Positions 55,853 through 63,055 of a stretch of 63,385 nucleotides of DNA are shown here, one piece after another. The position numbers and the translations under genes are program-made. Each line of letters begins with the position of its first letter. The first letter of the stretch is position 1. The DNA lies in the IMG/VR virus record IMGVR_UViG_3300046533_000294, positions 1-63,385 of that record; one strand, 5' to 3'. The DNA comes from a virus. The notes below the pieces were generated by a model. That model did no database searches and was not told the DNA's origin. It was given only the letters and a program-made list of their open reading frames with translations.

Positions 55853-55922
55853 TCAGAGCACCCTCCCTTCTGGAGTTCTGATGAACTCCGAGCCTACTCC
55901 AATGGAGTAGACTCGCAGCTCA
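55853..55922 (-). repeat. Stop-hairpin-SD element, copy 11
   Basis: TGAGCTG CGAGTCTACTCC-ATT-GGAGTAGGCTCG GAGTTCA TCA GAACTCC AGAAGGGAGGG. Confidence 0.85.
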
Positions 55923-56435
55923 CCTCTTGATGCTGTCGTATGCTGCTTTGAACCAGTCCATCGCTCGTCCTTCGTCGATGCTGGAGTCGTTGTACTCGAT
56001 GATGAGCGACTCCAGCTGCTCGATGCTGTAATCCTTGATCTCGTCGTCGCTGAGTGTCAGGTCTTCTTGTTCAATCTCGCCGAAGTTGTTTGTTACCTCA
56101 GGCCGTTCGCTTCTCGGAATCGCCAGCGCGAGCGCACGCAACGACTTCTCCAATGCCTTCAACCTGGCCTTGGGGAATTCACCGCCTTTGAAGTAGTGCG
56201 ATGGGTTCTGGATCGTCGGGCAGTATGCCGTCAAGCCCGAGTCCCAGTCGTCAGACTTTGCGATGACGACACGAGCGAGCTTCGCGTTGATGACTGCGAG
56301 GCCGACGGCGCAGCCGTGCGGCTTCTTGTTGCCGTTAGCTTCCGCTTCCTGCATCAATTCGCCACAGAGCCAGTGTCCGGCTCGGATGTCCAGGATGGAC
56401 TCCTCCAGCACGACCTTGGCTGTCATTCTCGGCAT
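55920..56435 (-). CDS. Hypothetical early protein
   Basis: W..G..., GCAVG, IIEYND motifs; ATG after the element SD. Confidence 0.7.
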   Translation of the reverse strand: MPRMTAKVVLEESILDIRAGHWLCGELMQEAEANGNKKPHGCAVGLAVINAKLARVVIAKSDDWDSGLTAYCPTIQNPSHYFKGGEFPKARLKALEKSLRALALAIPRSERPEVTNNFGEIEQEDLTLSDDEIKDYSIEQLESLIIEYNDSSIDEGRAMDWFKAAYDSIKR

Positions 56436-56503
56436 TGACCCTCCTTCGGTTACGGTACTCTCATGAGCACCGGCCGGCACCCAAAGGTACCAGCCGCTGA
56501 TCA
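56436..56503 (-). repeat. Stop-hairpin-SD element, copy 10
   Basis: TGATCAG CGGCTGGTACC-TTTG-GGTGCCGGCCG GTGCTCA TGA GAGTACC GTAACC GAAGGAGGG. Confidence 0.85.
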
Positions 56504-56580
56504 CTACTTTCGCCATCTCTCCCGAATGATCATCCACAATATACGGAACCAGCGTGGTGACAGAAAGATTGGCGGTTGTG

Positions 56581-56850
56581 TCATTTGTGGATGACGCCGA
56601 TCAGGCGCTCGATCGGGATGGACATCTGCTTGCCCTTGGCAGGGCCGTTTTTGGGCCAGAACTTCACCCATCGGTTTCCATGTTCGTCGGTGAAGAACTC
56701 GACAGGCATCAATTCCCTCTTGGGGTTTCTCGGCCTGTTTACGGGCACAGTCTCTCGTCTGATAAAGTAGATGGCGTTGCCATCTGACTCCTCGACCAAG
56801 ACCGACTCGACGTTGTCCAAGACGATGTTCTCCTGTGGTGCTTCAACCAT
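56581..56850 (-). CDS. Hypothetical protein
   Basis: SD GGAGG; coupled to the upstream gene. Confidence 0.65.
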   Translation of the reverse strand: MVEAPQENIVLDNVESVLVEESDGNAIYFIRRETVPVNRPRNPKRELMPVEFFTDEHGNRWVKFWPKNGPAKGKQMSIPIERLIGVIHK

Positions 56851-57098
56851 TATGCCTCCGTGAACTTGTGAATCGCCACGGGATCGGGATCATGGGCGTC
56901 GAACAATTCAACACCGATGTCGTCGTTCTCGTAGCGATGGATGAATAAGCCGAAGATCACACGGTTTCCGATCTTGAAGATGAGGTCGTGCTCCCAATCC
57001 ATTCGTTCTGGCAATACCGGGAGCTGGATCGCAGCTGTGACGCCAGCCTCATCATAAGTAACGACCTTGACCTTGAGGAGCTTCGGCAGATTTGTCAC
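56850..57098 (-). CDS. Hypothetical protein
   Basis: Downstream of element copy 9. Confidence 0.65.
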   Translation of the reverse strand: MTNLPKLLKVKVVTYDEAGVTAAIQLPVLPERMDWEHDLIFKIGNRVIFGLFIHRYENDDIGVELFDAHDPDPVAIHKFTEA

Positions 57099-57106
57099 TT
57101 CAGCAT

Positions 57107-57184
57107 GACCCTCCTTCGTGTAATCGGAGTCGGGTGACTCCAGCCCCCGGTGACCGCAGAGTCAACCGGGAGCTGCAACTACCC
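57107..57184 (-). repeat. Stop-hairpin-SD element, copy 9 (variant)
   Basis: GGGTAGTTG CAGCTCCCGGTTGAC-TCTGCG-GTCACCGGGGGCTG GAGTC ACCC GACTCC GATTACAC GAAGGAGGG. Confidence 0.75.
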
Positions 57185-57514
57185 TGACATCCGTCGTATG
57201 TATGCTTGTAACGGAGTGTCTCTGTTGTCTCTTTGTTCTTGGATAGTTGCCCATCGACAATTACCGGGTTCGTAGTTCCCGTCATTGTCGATTCTGTCGA
57301 TCTGCTTGCCTGGTGGTCGTACTCCCATGTCCGCCAGGAAGTTCTCGAACTTGAGCCAGCGTTCGCAAACCTTAATGCCTCGTGCTCCGTACTTGTAGTA
57401 CGAATCGGCATTAGGATTCATGCAACGCTGTTTCATTGTCGTCCAGATTCGGTATGTGCTGGTAGGCTTTCCACCCTCACAGTGACCATGAGTTATCTGG
57501 CCGCCGGGCTTCAT
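57179..57514 (-). CDS. HNH-like endonuclease
   Basis: MKQRC.NP....YGARGIKVCERW..FENFLADMG..P...IDRIDNDGNYEPGNCRWAT. Confidence 0.85.
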   Translation of the reverse strand: MKPGGQITHGHCEGGKPTSTYRIWTTMKQRCMNPNADSYYKYGARGIKVCERWLKFENFLADMGVRPPGKQIDRIDNDGNYEPGNCRWATIQEQRDNRDTPLQAYIRRMSG

Positions 57515-57735
57515 CCGACTTGCTGGACTGGGTAGTGCGGCTTGATGTGCTTGTTGATATAGCTGCCAACGCTTTGCGCGTTAGCCGCTACAACAGCACG
57601 TTGGTATGGCACGCCTGTGTAGGCGTACGTCTTGCCGCTCTTGTATGTGACGTACATGATGCTCTTGTCACTATCCCAAGAGATCGACTCGACATTGCTG
57701 GAGTGTGGAACTGGAATCGGTCGTCGTGTGCTCAT
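57511..57735 (-). CDS. KTSC-domain protein
   Basis: SSNVESISWD...YVTYKSGKTYAYTGVP...AQSVGSYINKHIK. Confidence 0.85.
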   Translation of the reverse strand: MSTRRPIPVPHSSNVESISWDSDKSIMYVTYKSGKTYAYTGVPYQRAVVAANAQSVGSYINKHIKPHYPVQQVG

Positions 57736-57929
57736 TTCGCACGCGCTTCCCCGGCCATAAACCGCTTGGCTGCTTCCTTGGGCTTCATCCCCGCCATGTA
57801 CCAGTCGTGCAACAGATCTTCGTCGCACTCGTCGCGCATGGTCAGATAGATTTCGCCCGTCTCAGCTTCGCGCATCTTGCTGACTTGATCGCCGAAGCGA
57901 TCGCTCCAGTGAGAGAACGTGTAGCTCAT
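57732..57929 (-). CDS. Hypothetical protein
   Basis: Coupled ATGA chain. Confidence 0.6.
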   Translation of the reverse strand: MSYTFSHWSDRFGDQVSKMREAETGEIYLTMRDECDEDLLHDWYMAGMKPKEAAKRFMAGEARAK

Positions 57930-58183
57930 GTGATCGAGTCCAGGAATTCTTGCGCTTCACTTGCTGAGCAAGGATTATCCCACTCATCGAACATGTCTCT
58001 AGCTAGCTCCCATGCTGTCGGCAGCCGCTTATTGCGGTACCACAGCAGACAGAGAGCGTCGAGCCACATGAATGGACGCTGATCACCAGGGCCACGCTCG
58101 ACATCTGGGATGTTGTCAAGCTTGATGCCGGCCTCGCGCATCTCGCGCTCAGCTTCTTCCCAGGCGTGTTCGGGCTCGGTCAT
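57926..58183 (-). CDS. Hypothetical protein
   Basis: Coupled ATGA chain. Confidence 0.6.
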   Translation of the reverse strand: MTEPEHAWEEAEREMREAGIKLDNIPDVERGPGDQRPFMWLDALCLLWYRNKRLPTAWELARDMFDEWDNPCSASEAQEFLDSIT

Positions 58184-58383
58184 GTGATCACCTTGTTGGC
58201 CTTCAGCAGATCCACGATCGTCTGGCGGTCGGCGTTGACGTTACCAGTCCGAGCTAGCCAGAGACAGTAGTCGATGATCTCGCCTCGGTTCTTGTACTCA
58301 ACGCTGAAGATCTCCTTGTTCGTGGATGTCTTCACCGTTACGACATGTCCGACACGAGTCACGCTAATGTTGACCTGAGCCAT
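58180..58383 (-). CDS. Hypothetical protein
   Basis: TGATG coupling with the upstream gene. Confidence 0.6.
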   Translation of the reverse strand: MAQVNISVTRVGHVVTVKTSTNKEIFSVEYKNRGEIIDYCLWLARTGNVNADRQTIVDLLKANKVIT

Positions 58384-58913
58384 CACCAGCCTTCTTTCGC
58401 CGCACAAATTGGGCCAATGCCGAGTGCGCGACTGCGCTCGTCGGTGAGCGTCCGTCCGCAGATCCCGCAATGGCCCAGCTCGCGCCCGTAGCGCATGCTA
58501 GCCTCTTTGGGGTCTTTGGCGATCTCCGTCATGATAGACTTCCTGTGCTCCGTGTTCTTGATCGGATAGCGTTCATCCGATGCACGGACGCTCAGGAATG
58601 TGTAGCCTGCCCACTTGCCCTCGGTCGGCTTGTCCACATGGTAGAACTTCAGGACATCGTCCATCGGATCGACCACTGCGTACCTGCCGGCCGGGATGTC
58701 AGGCCAGTCTCGACTGACCTGCTTCTTAGGCAGTCCCTTCATGACGTCAATGATCCGGCTCGCTTCGCCCTTGCTGAGCTTTCGCGTGCCGGCATCGACC
58801 TTGGCGATGAAAGCAGCTTGCTTCTCCGTGATCTCATGCTTCTTGGCGAGATCGTGGAGATACTCAAGCTGATTCTCCGATGCTGGATCCTCTGTCCAGG
58901 CTGTCGTTGCCAT
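58383..58913 (-). CDS. DUF6011-like Zn-finger protein
   Basis: ASENQLEYL, IPAGRYAV, CGICGRTLTDERSRALGIGPICA. Confidence 0.8.
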   Translation of the reverse strand: MATTAWTEDPASENQLEYLHDLAKKHEITEKQAAFIAKVDAGTRKLSKGEASRIIDVMKGLPKKQVSRDWPDIPAGRYAVVDPMDDVLKFYHVDKPTEGKWAGYTFLSVRASDERYPIKNTEHRKSIMTEIAKDPKEASMRYGRELGHCGICGRTLTDERSRALGIGPICAAKEGW

Positions 58914-58983
58914 ATGCCCTCCTTCGGGTTTGGTACTCGGCTGAGCACCGGCCCACCTCATTGCTGAGATGAGCCGCTGATCA
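58914..58983 (-). repeat. Stop-hairpin-SD element, copy 8
   Basis: TGATCAG CGGCTCATCTCA-GCAA-TGAGGTGGGCCG GTGCTCA GCC GAGTACC AAACCC GAAGGAGGG. Confidence 0.85.
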
Positions 58984-58985
58984 AG

Positions 58986-59165
58986 TCACTTCAGGCATTT
59001 GAGGCAAGTAATGGGATGTCGAGTCTTGACCAGCACCATTGGATGACCATTCCACGGCTTCACGGGCTGTCCGCAGACGGGTTCGCCCGATGAGTTCCGC
59101 TCATGGTACTTCAAGCTGCTGTCAAGACTGGGCGTGATCTGCATCCTGATTTGAAGAGTCACCAT
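58986..59165 (-). CDS. Small His/Cys protein (59 aa)
   Basis: MVTLQIRMQ...YH...VCG...TCLKCLK; TGATG coupling. Confidence 0.6.
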   Translation of the reverse strand: MVTLQIRMQITPSLDSSLKYHERNSSGEPVCGQPVKPWNGHPMVLVKTRHPITCLKCLK

Positions 59166-59353
59166 CAGTTACGCCCGATTTCGCATGCCCGTGTCTGACA
59201 TTCTGGATCGCTGGACTTAACTTGGTTGGCCAGCATCAGAATGTATTGCGGCCCGCCATGATAATCCCCACCACAGCAAGCTGTGCCATCGCTGCGAAGA
59301 CTGTGCACTGTTCGCCACTTTCGATGAACAAGCACTTGACGTGTCTTCACCAT
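59165..59353 (-). CDS. Small His/Cys protein
   Basis: VH...ACC...EC...AC; ATG after the element SD. Confidence 0.65.
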   Translation of the reverse strand: MVKTRQVLVHRKWRTVHSLRSDGTACCGGDYHGGPQYILMLANQVKSSDPECQTRACEIGRN

Positions 59354-59420
59354 TTGACCCTCCTTCTGGTACTCGGCTGAGCACCACACCCTGCCTTCGA
59401 GGGCAGGATGCGCTACTCAG
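59354..59420 (-). repeat. Stop-hairpin-SD element, copy 7
   Basis: CTGAGTAG CGCATCCTGCC-CTCGAA-GGCAGGGTGTG GTGCTCAG CC GAGTACC AGAAGGAGGG. Confidence 0.85.
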
Positions 59421-59423
59421 TTG

Positions 59424-59603
59424 TTATCCGTGGTATTCATTGCTGAGGTGTGAGACGATATGGATGTGAGTATGTACCGGAGCGTTTTCCAGAAGATGAC
59501 GGATGTAGAACGTCGCTGTTGCCAGCTCCGTGAACTTCTTGAACGTGCCTTCGCCGGATTCGCCACCCATCCACACTTCGTACACAACGTGTGGTTCGTC
59601 CAC
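59424..59603 (-). CDS. Small hypothetical protein
   Basis: GTG after the element SD. Confidence 0.6.
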   Translation of the reverse strand: MDEPHVVYEVWMGGESGEGTFKKFTELATATFYIRHLLENAPVHTHIHIVSHLSNEYHG

Positions 59604-59672
59604 GCTACCCTCCTTCTGGTGCTCTTCTGAACACCGAGCCTCACAATTGTCTTTGTGAGACTCGCTACTCAG
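59604..59672 (-). repeat. Stop-hairpin-SD element, copy 6
   Basis: CTGAGTAG CGAGTCTCACAA-AGACAA-TTGTGAGGCTCG GTGTTCAG AA GAGCACC AGAAGGAGGG. Confidence 0.85.
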
Positions 59673-59974
59673 CTGACTGTTTCTTGGTAGATGATACCTC
59701 TGATCATCGGGGCCCACTCGGGCGAGTCAGGCCCGTAGTTGGTCGCTGAGAACACGTCCATGTCGGCCCTGACGACACTCGGCGTCTCGTTGTCAGCTGC
59801 TGGTTCCTCGGGGTCGAGCTTCTGACGGATCTCTAGCTTGAACATCGGCGTGCCCATGCTGTCGCAGATGATCATCTCGACATCACCTTCGGGAAGTGAG
59901 ACTCTTGATACGAGAGAGAGATCATCGGCAACTTCGAGATACCACGGAGTTGGAATCAGCTCGGGTTCATCCAT
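59669..59974 (-). CDS. Acidic hypothetical protein
   Basis: Bounded exactly by element copies 5 and 6. Confidence 0.7.
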   Translation of the reverse strand: MDEPELIPTPWYLEVADDLSLVSRVSLPEGDVEMIICDSMGTPMFKLEIRQKLDPEEPAADNETPSVVRADMDVFSATNYGPDSPEWAPMIRGIIYQETVS

Positions 59975-60045
59975 CTGACCCTCCTTCGTTGCGGTACTCG
60001 GATGAGTACCGCGCCCACCCCATGCGGGGAAGACGCGCTACTCAT
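59975..60045 (-). repeat. Stop-hairpin-SD element, copy 5
   Basis: ATGAGTAG CGCGTCTTCCCC-GCAT-GGGGTGGGCGCG GTACTCAT CC GAGTACCGC AAC GAAGGAGGG. Confidence 0.85.
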
Positions 60046-60179
60046 TTCTTTTTCTCGCAGTCGTCACAGATGCCGGCCACGATGTTGCTTCCGGTGATCT
60101 GTGCTTGAAATAGATCCTGCGATGTGACCTGGACGTACTTGAATTTGTGACACTTGGTGCAGTAGCCAACAAGTCTCAT
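60042..60179 (-). CDS. Small Zn-ribbon protein (45 aa)
   Basis: MRLVGYCTKCHK...GICDDCEKKK; stop is the element TGA. Confidence 0.65.
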   Translation of the reverse strand: MRLVGYCTKCHKFKYVQVTSQDLFQAQITGSNIVAGICDDCEKKK

Positions 60180-60412
60180 CCTGGGCACTCGCTTTCAAGA
60201 TGAACGAGATCGAGATCACCCTGGCTGTCGATCGCATCGTAGACTCTCAGCCCGAACTTGATGGGCACGCGAATGCGATTTGGCTGGGTTTTCCAGGTTT
60301 TTACCTGGCCGTTCACTCGCCAGCGTTGACACGTACCGTCGGCATTCTTGTAGAAGTCATGATGCAGAACGTCGCCGGGCTTCAACGCCTTGGCTTGTTC
60401 TAGCGTGATCAT
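60176..60412 (-). CDS. Hypothetical protein
   Basis: WRVNGQVKTWKTQP..IRVPIKFG; coupled. Confidence 0.7.
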   Translation of the reverse strand: MITLEQAKALKPGDVLHHDFYKNADGTCQRWRVNGQVKTWKTQPNRIRVPIKFGLRVYDAIDSQGDLDLVHLESECPG

Positions 60413-60630
60413 GTCGACACCTGGCCCTGGGGCGAGATGCCGCCGTAGATCGGCTGACCATGATCAGTCCAGTGCATCGTGAAGCACAGATAGTTGTTCG
60501 GCAGATCGAGTCCGCCCTTCTGAACAACCACGTTTTCAAGTTTCGGGTTGTTAAGAAGAACATCAATGCTTTTCTTCTGCGCTGTAGTCATGGTATTGAA
60601 AGCCTCTTGGGTCATCTTGACCTTGATCAC
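60409..60630 (-). CDS. Hypothetical protein
   Basis: SD GGAGG; coupled. Confidence 0.65.
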   Translation of the reverse strand: MIKVKMTQEAFNTMTTAQKKSIDVLLNNPKLENVVVQKGGLDLPNNYLCFTMHWTDHGQPIYGGISPQGQVST

Positions 60631-61010
60631 TTATGTGACCTCCATGCGACGATCTTGTCTCCGGGCAGGAAGATGACTGGCTTCTCCATCTGCGAGTGAA
60701 GAAAGCGATGCTTGTGCTTAACAACCTGTTCGCCCTCTGTCACCAGGCCACAGTCGCCCTCGATGTAGTACACACCGAATTGGAATGTGACGTAGTGCTC
60801 GAACTCTTGCCCTGACCATTTCGATTCAAGCTTGTTGTCTGGATCGAACGTCCAGGTGCCGAGATCCGAGAACTTCTTGCCAATCTGATATTCTCTGTCT
60901 GGATCTTCATCCATGTAGGCCACGGTGTAGCAGAAGTCAAGCATCTGCTGATCCCAGATGAGATCCTTGCGACGCTTACCCTTCCGCTCCACATATATGT
61001 TGAGTGGCAT
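60627..61010 (-). CDS. Hypothetical protein
   Basis: ATG after the element SD. Confidence 0.65.
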   Translation of the reverse strand: MPLNIYVERKGKRRKDLIWDQQMLDFCYTVAYMDEDPDREYQIGKKFSDLGTWTFDPDNKLESKWSGQEFEHYVTFQFGVYYIEGDCGLVTEGEQVVKHKHRFLHSQMEKPVIFLPGDKIVAWRSHK

Positions 61011-61078
61011 TCTGCCCTCCTTCGTGGTGTCGTATGAACACCGACCCACTCACTGTTAGGTGAGTGAGTCGCTATTCA
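61011..61078 (-). repeat. Stop-hairpin-SD element, copy 4
   Basis: TGAATAG CGACTCACTCAC-CTAACA-GTGAGTGGGTCG GTGTTCA TAC GACACC AC GAAGGAGGG. Confidence 0.85.
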
Positions 61079-61363
61079 ATCTTCATCCGATCTCAGCTTC
61101 TCTGTGAGCAGTCTATGGATCTCGCGGAGGATAGCTTGCTGATCGGACGGACTGAACCTCTGCTCCCAGATCGGCTTCTTGACTGGCGTCCTGGGTGGCT
61201 TTGCTGCTGGCTGTGGCTTCGGCTTGGCAGTGTACTCGCGAATGTCGTTTTTCCTGATAACATCCTTGATCCCACGACCGTGCAATCGCCACCATGCCAT
61301 GATGAGTGCGATGGTGAACATTGCTGCCGGGATGTCGATGAAGATGAACTTGACGTAACTCAT
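61076..61363 (-). CDS. Membrane-anchored hypothetical protein
   Basis: N-terminal hydrophobic helix, Pro/Lys linker; stop is the element TGA. Confidence 0.6.
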   Translation of the reverse strand: MSYVKFIFIDIPAAMFTIALIMAWWRLHGRGIKDVIRKNDIREYTAKPKPQPAAKPPRTPVKKPIWEQRFSPSDQQAILREIHRLLTEKLRSDED

Positions 61364-61503
61364 GATGAAGGCGATAGTGCTACTAGGAACACGTACACGC
61401 CTATGATCAAGAGCGCGATCACAATTCCCAACACGAGGAGTCGGGACGCCATCCAGAGAATGACGAACTGATCTTGCCATCGTTTTGGGATCTTGATGGT
61501 CAC
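61360..61503 (-). CDS. Small membrane peptide (47 aa)
   Basis: MTIKIPKRWQDQFVILW...LLVLGIVIALLIIGVYVFLVALSPSS; overlap-coupled at both ends. Confidence 0.55.
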   Translation of the reverse strand: MTIKIPKRWQDQFVILWMASRLLVLGIVIALLIIGVYVFLVALSPSS

Positions 61504-61535
61504 CTTACATCGATGCTGTTCCCGAGTGGTTTCAT

Positions 61536-61608
61536 TTGACCCTCCTTCGGATGATGCTCATTTGAGCACCCGCCAACACACTCTGCGATGTGCCAGCGGC
61601 TGATCAAA
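61536..61608 (-). repeat. Stop-hairpin-SD element, copy 3
   Basis: TTTGATCAG CCGCTGGCACATC-GCA-GAGTGTGTTGGCGG GTGCTCAAA TGAGCATC ATCC GAAGGAGGG. Confidence 0.85.
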
Positions 61609-61837
61609 TACGAACAGCGATGAAGTCTCGCAGCCTTCCGTTGCCGATTAGGATTGTTGCGATCCACTGGTGGGTGTCGTTTCCTGTTCGGCGCTCGCGG
61701 ATGATGCGTTGTCTGTTTCCCGCAAAATCATGCAAAGCGTGCATCGCGGTTGGTGCTTCGATGACAGCAACTTTGCGGAATGTCCCTGCGCCTCTGCCAT
61801 CGTACCACGTTCTGATCTCGAATGTTCCCATTGTCAT
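61604..61837 (-). CDS. Hypothetical protein
   Basis: Coupled; stop is the element TGA. Confidence 0.65.
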   Translation of the reverse strand: MTMGTFEIRTWYDGRGAGTFRKVAVIEAPTAMHALHDFAGNRQRIIRERRTGNDTHQWIATILIGNGRLRDFIAVRI

Positions 61838-62205
61838 CTCAGCAGAACCTCCGGCCCGAACCAGATGTGGTTCATGACCGTGACGACACGATGTGCGATC
61901 TTATGAGCCATCCAACCATCACGATGAGGGTTGTCTTCTTCGAGGCCAGCGTTCTCTGCCTCGATCTCGATGTTGTCTGTGATCGGCACCATGAGCATCT
62001 TCATCAGCTCTGGTGGACATGCTTCCCAAATGCAAGCAGGGTTGCCCCACTTGGCATCCTCGATCGCAATACGTTCTGCGAGCTTAGGCGTGAGCCCACG
62101 CTCGTGAACGCATTCCGAACAGAGCCATGTTCTGACGATGATGTTGTCGTCGGTGCTTTCCGTGACCATGGTTGTCGGACATCCGAAACACCTGATGATT
62201 GCCAT
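61834..62205 (-). CDS. Zn-finger (CxxC..CxxC) hypothetical protein
   Basis: CFGC...CSEC; ATG after the element SD. Confidence 0.65.
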   Translation of the reverse strand: MAIIRCFGCPTTMVTESTDDNIIVRTWLCSECVHERGLTPKLAERIAIEDAKWGNPACIWEACPPELMKMLMVPITDNIEIEAENAGLEEDNPHRDGWMAHKIAHRVVTVMNHIWFGPEVLLR

Positions 62206-62273
62206 TTGACCCTCCTTCGTTGTGATGAATACCAACCGCTCCGGGGGACAACTCCCGGAGCAGCTGCTAGTCA
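62206..62273 (-). repeat. Stop-hairpin-SD element, copy 2 (short hairpin degenerate)
   Basis: TGACTAG CAGCTGCTCCGGG-AGTTGTCC-CCCGGAGCGGTTG GTATTCA TCACAAC GAAGGAGGG. Confidence 0.8.
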
Positions 62274-62561
62274 CCAGCTTTTGTACGGTGACAGCGCCTT
62301 GACGCGATCGAGATATTCCGAGGCGTCGTGAAGCTGTGTACCTTCTTCATCGCAAGTGTCGAACTGGTCGAACTTGTCGATGAAAGCCCACTCGCCAGCG
62401 TCACCCATGTAGATGTAGCCGACGAGTCTGCCGTCAATCTCGTACACGTAGCACTCGTAGTTCGTGTCGATGTCTGGGTAATCACCAATGATGTCTTTGG
62501 CATACAGCTCTGCTGTGTGCTCTAGATCCTGACGAAACTCAGACTCAGTCATTTCTTTCAT
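62271..62561 (-). CDS. Acidic hypothetical protein
   Basis: D/E-rich 96 aa; stop is the element TGA. Confidence 0.65.
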   Translation of the reverse strand: MKEMTESEFRQDLEHTAELYAKDIIGDYPDIDTNYECYVYEIDGRLVGYIYMGDAGEWAFIDKFDQFDTCDEEGTQLHDASEYLDRVKALSPYKSW

Positions 62562-62761
62562 GGGATCTGCTTGACGAAGACGGCTGCTCTGAACTTGGTG
62601 TCAACGCGATTGAAGCCGTGGTTGATCAGCTTCTCGATCAGACGTTCACCGTCGTCTACGTGAATGATCTTGACGGATTCGATCTCTTTCTGATCGATGA
62701 TGGACACGACTTTCACTTGCTTGTCGCTGACCGGGATCAGTGAAACGCGCTTAACGCTCAC
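62558..62761 (-). CDS. Hypothetical protein
   Basis: GTGA/ATGA coupling. Confidence 0.6.
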   Translation of the reverse strand: MSVKRVSLIPVSDKQVKVVSIIDQKEIESVKIIHVDDGERLIEKLINHGFNRVDTKFRAAVFVKQIP

Positions 62762-62979
62762 GCTGTCACCTGATCCTTTGTGATCCAGAGCTGGCCGGAA
62801 CCTGTGCCCAAGCTGTCGTACGCTCGATACAGCTTCCAGTGCTTATCGCAGCCATGACCCCACGGCCCGTAACGAGTTTTGAAGTCGTACGGCCCTGGTG
62901 TCTTCATGCCTTCTTGATTGCAGAAATCGCAATCGGGAATGCGAGGCACGACGCAGACTTTTCCCTTTTCTGCTTTCAT
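62758..62979 (-). CDS. Small Cys/His protein
   Basis: CDFC...YDFKT..GPW..C..H...LGTGSGQ. Confidence 0.7.
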   Translation of the reverse strand: MKAEKGKVCVVPRIPDCDFCNQEGMKTPGPYDFKTRYGPWGHGCDKHWKLYRAYDSLGTGSGQLWITKDQVTA

Positions 62980-63055
62980 TCTGTGCGACCCTCCTTCGTT
63001 TTGGTGGTTTGAACACCAGCCCTGTCGGATTATATCTGACAGAGCTGCTACTCAA
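62980..63055 (-). repeat. Stop-hairpin-SD element, copy 1
   Basis: TTGAGTAG CAGCTCTGTCAGAT-ATA-ATCCGACAGGGCTG GTGTTCAA ACCACC AAAAC GAAGGAGGG. Confidence 0.85.

Noticed and set aside
55878-55922. Hammerhead ribozyme (CTGATGA on the + strand)
   Set aside because: Occurs in one copy only, on the non-coding strand, with no GAAA core partner.
59354-59420. HDV-like/theta ribozyme reading of the + strand (CCTCCTTC loop, GCTA junction)
   Set aside because: CCTCCTTC is just the antisense of the SD; the P1/P2/P3 order does not fit, and wobble pairs favour the - strand.
55605-63055. CRISPR array or simple direct repeats as the explanation of the repeated elements
   Set aside because: Copies share structure but little sequence and are separated by whole genes of variable length; no cas operon (the Cas4-like nuclease is in a standard recombination module).
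55605-63055. Intrinsic terminators or canonical integron attC sites
   Set aside because: No U-tracts follow the stems; no RYYYAAC/GTTRRRY boxes and no tyrosine recombinase in the window. A non-canonical cassette role remains only a hypothesis.
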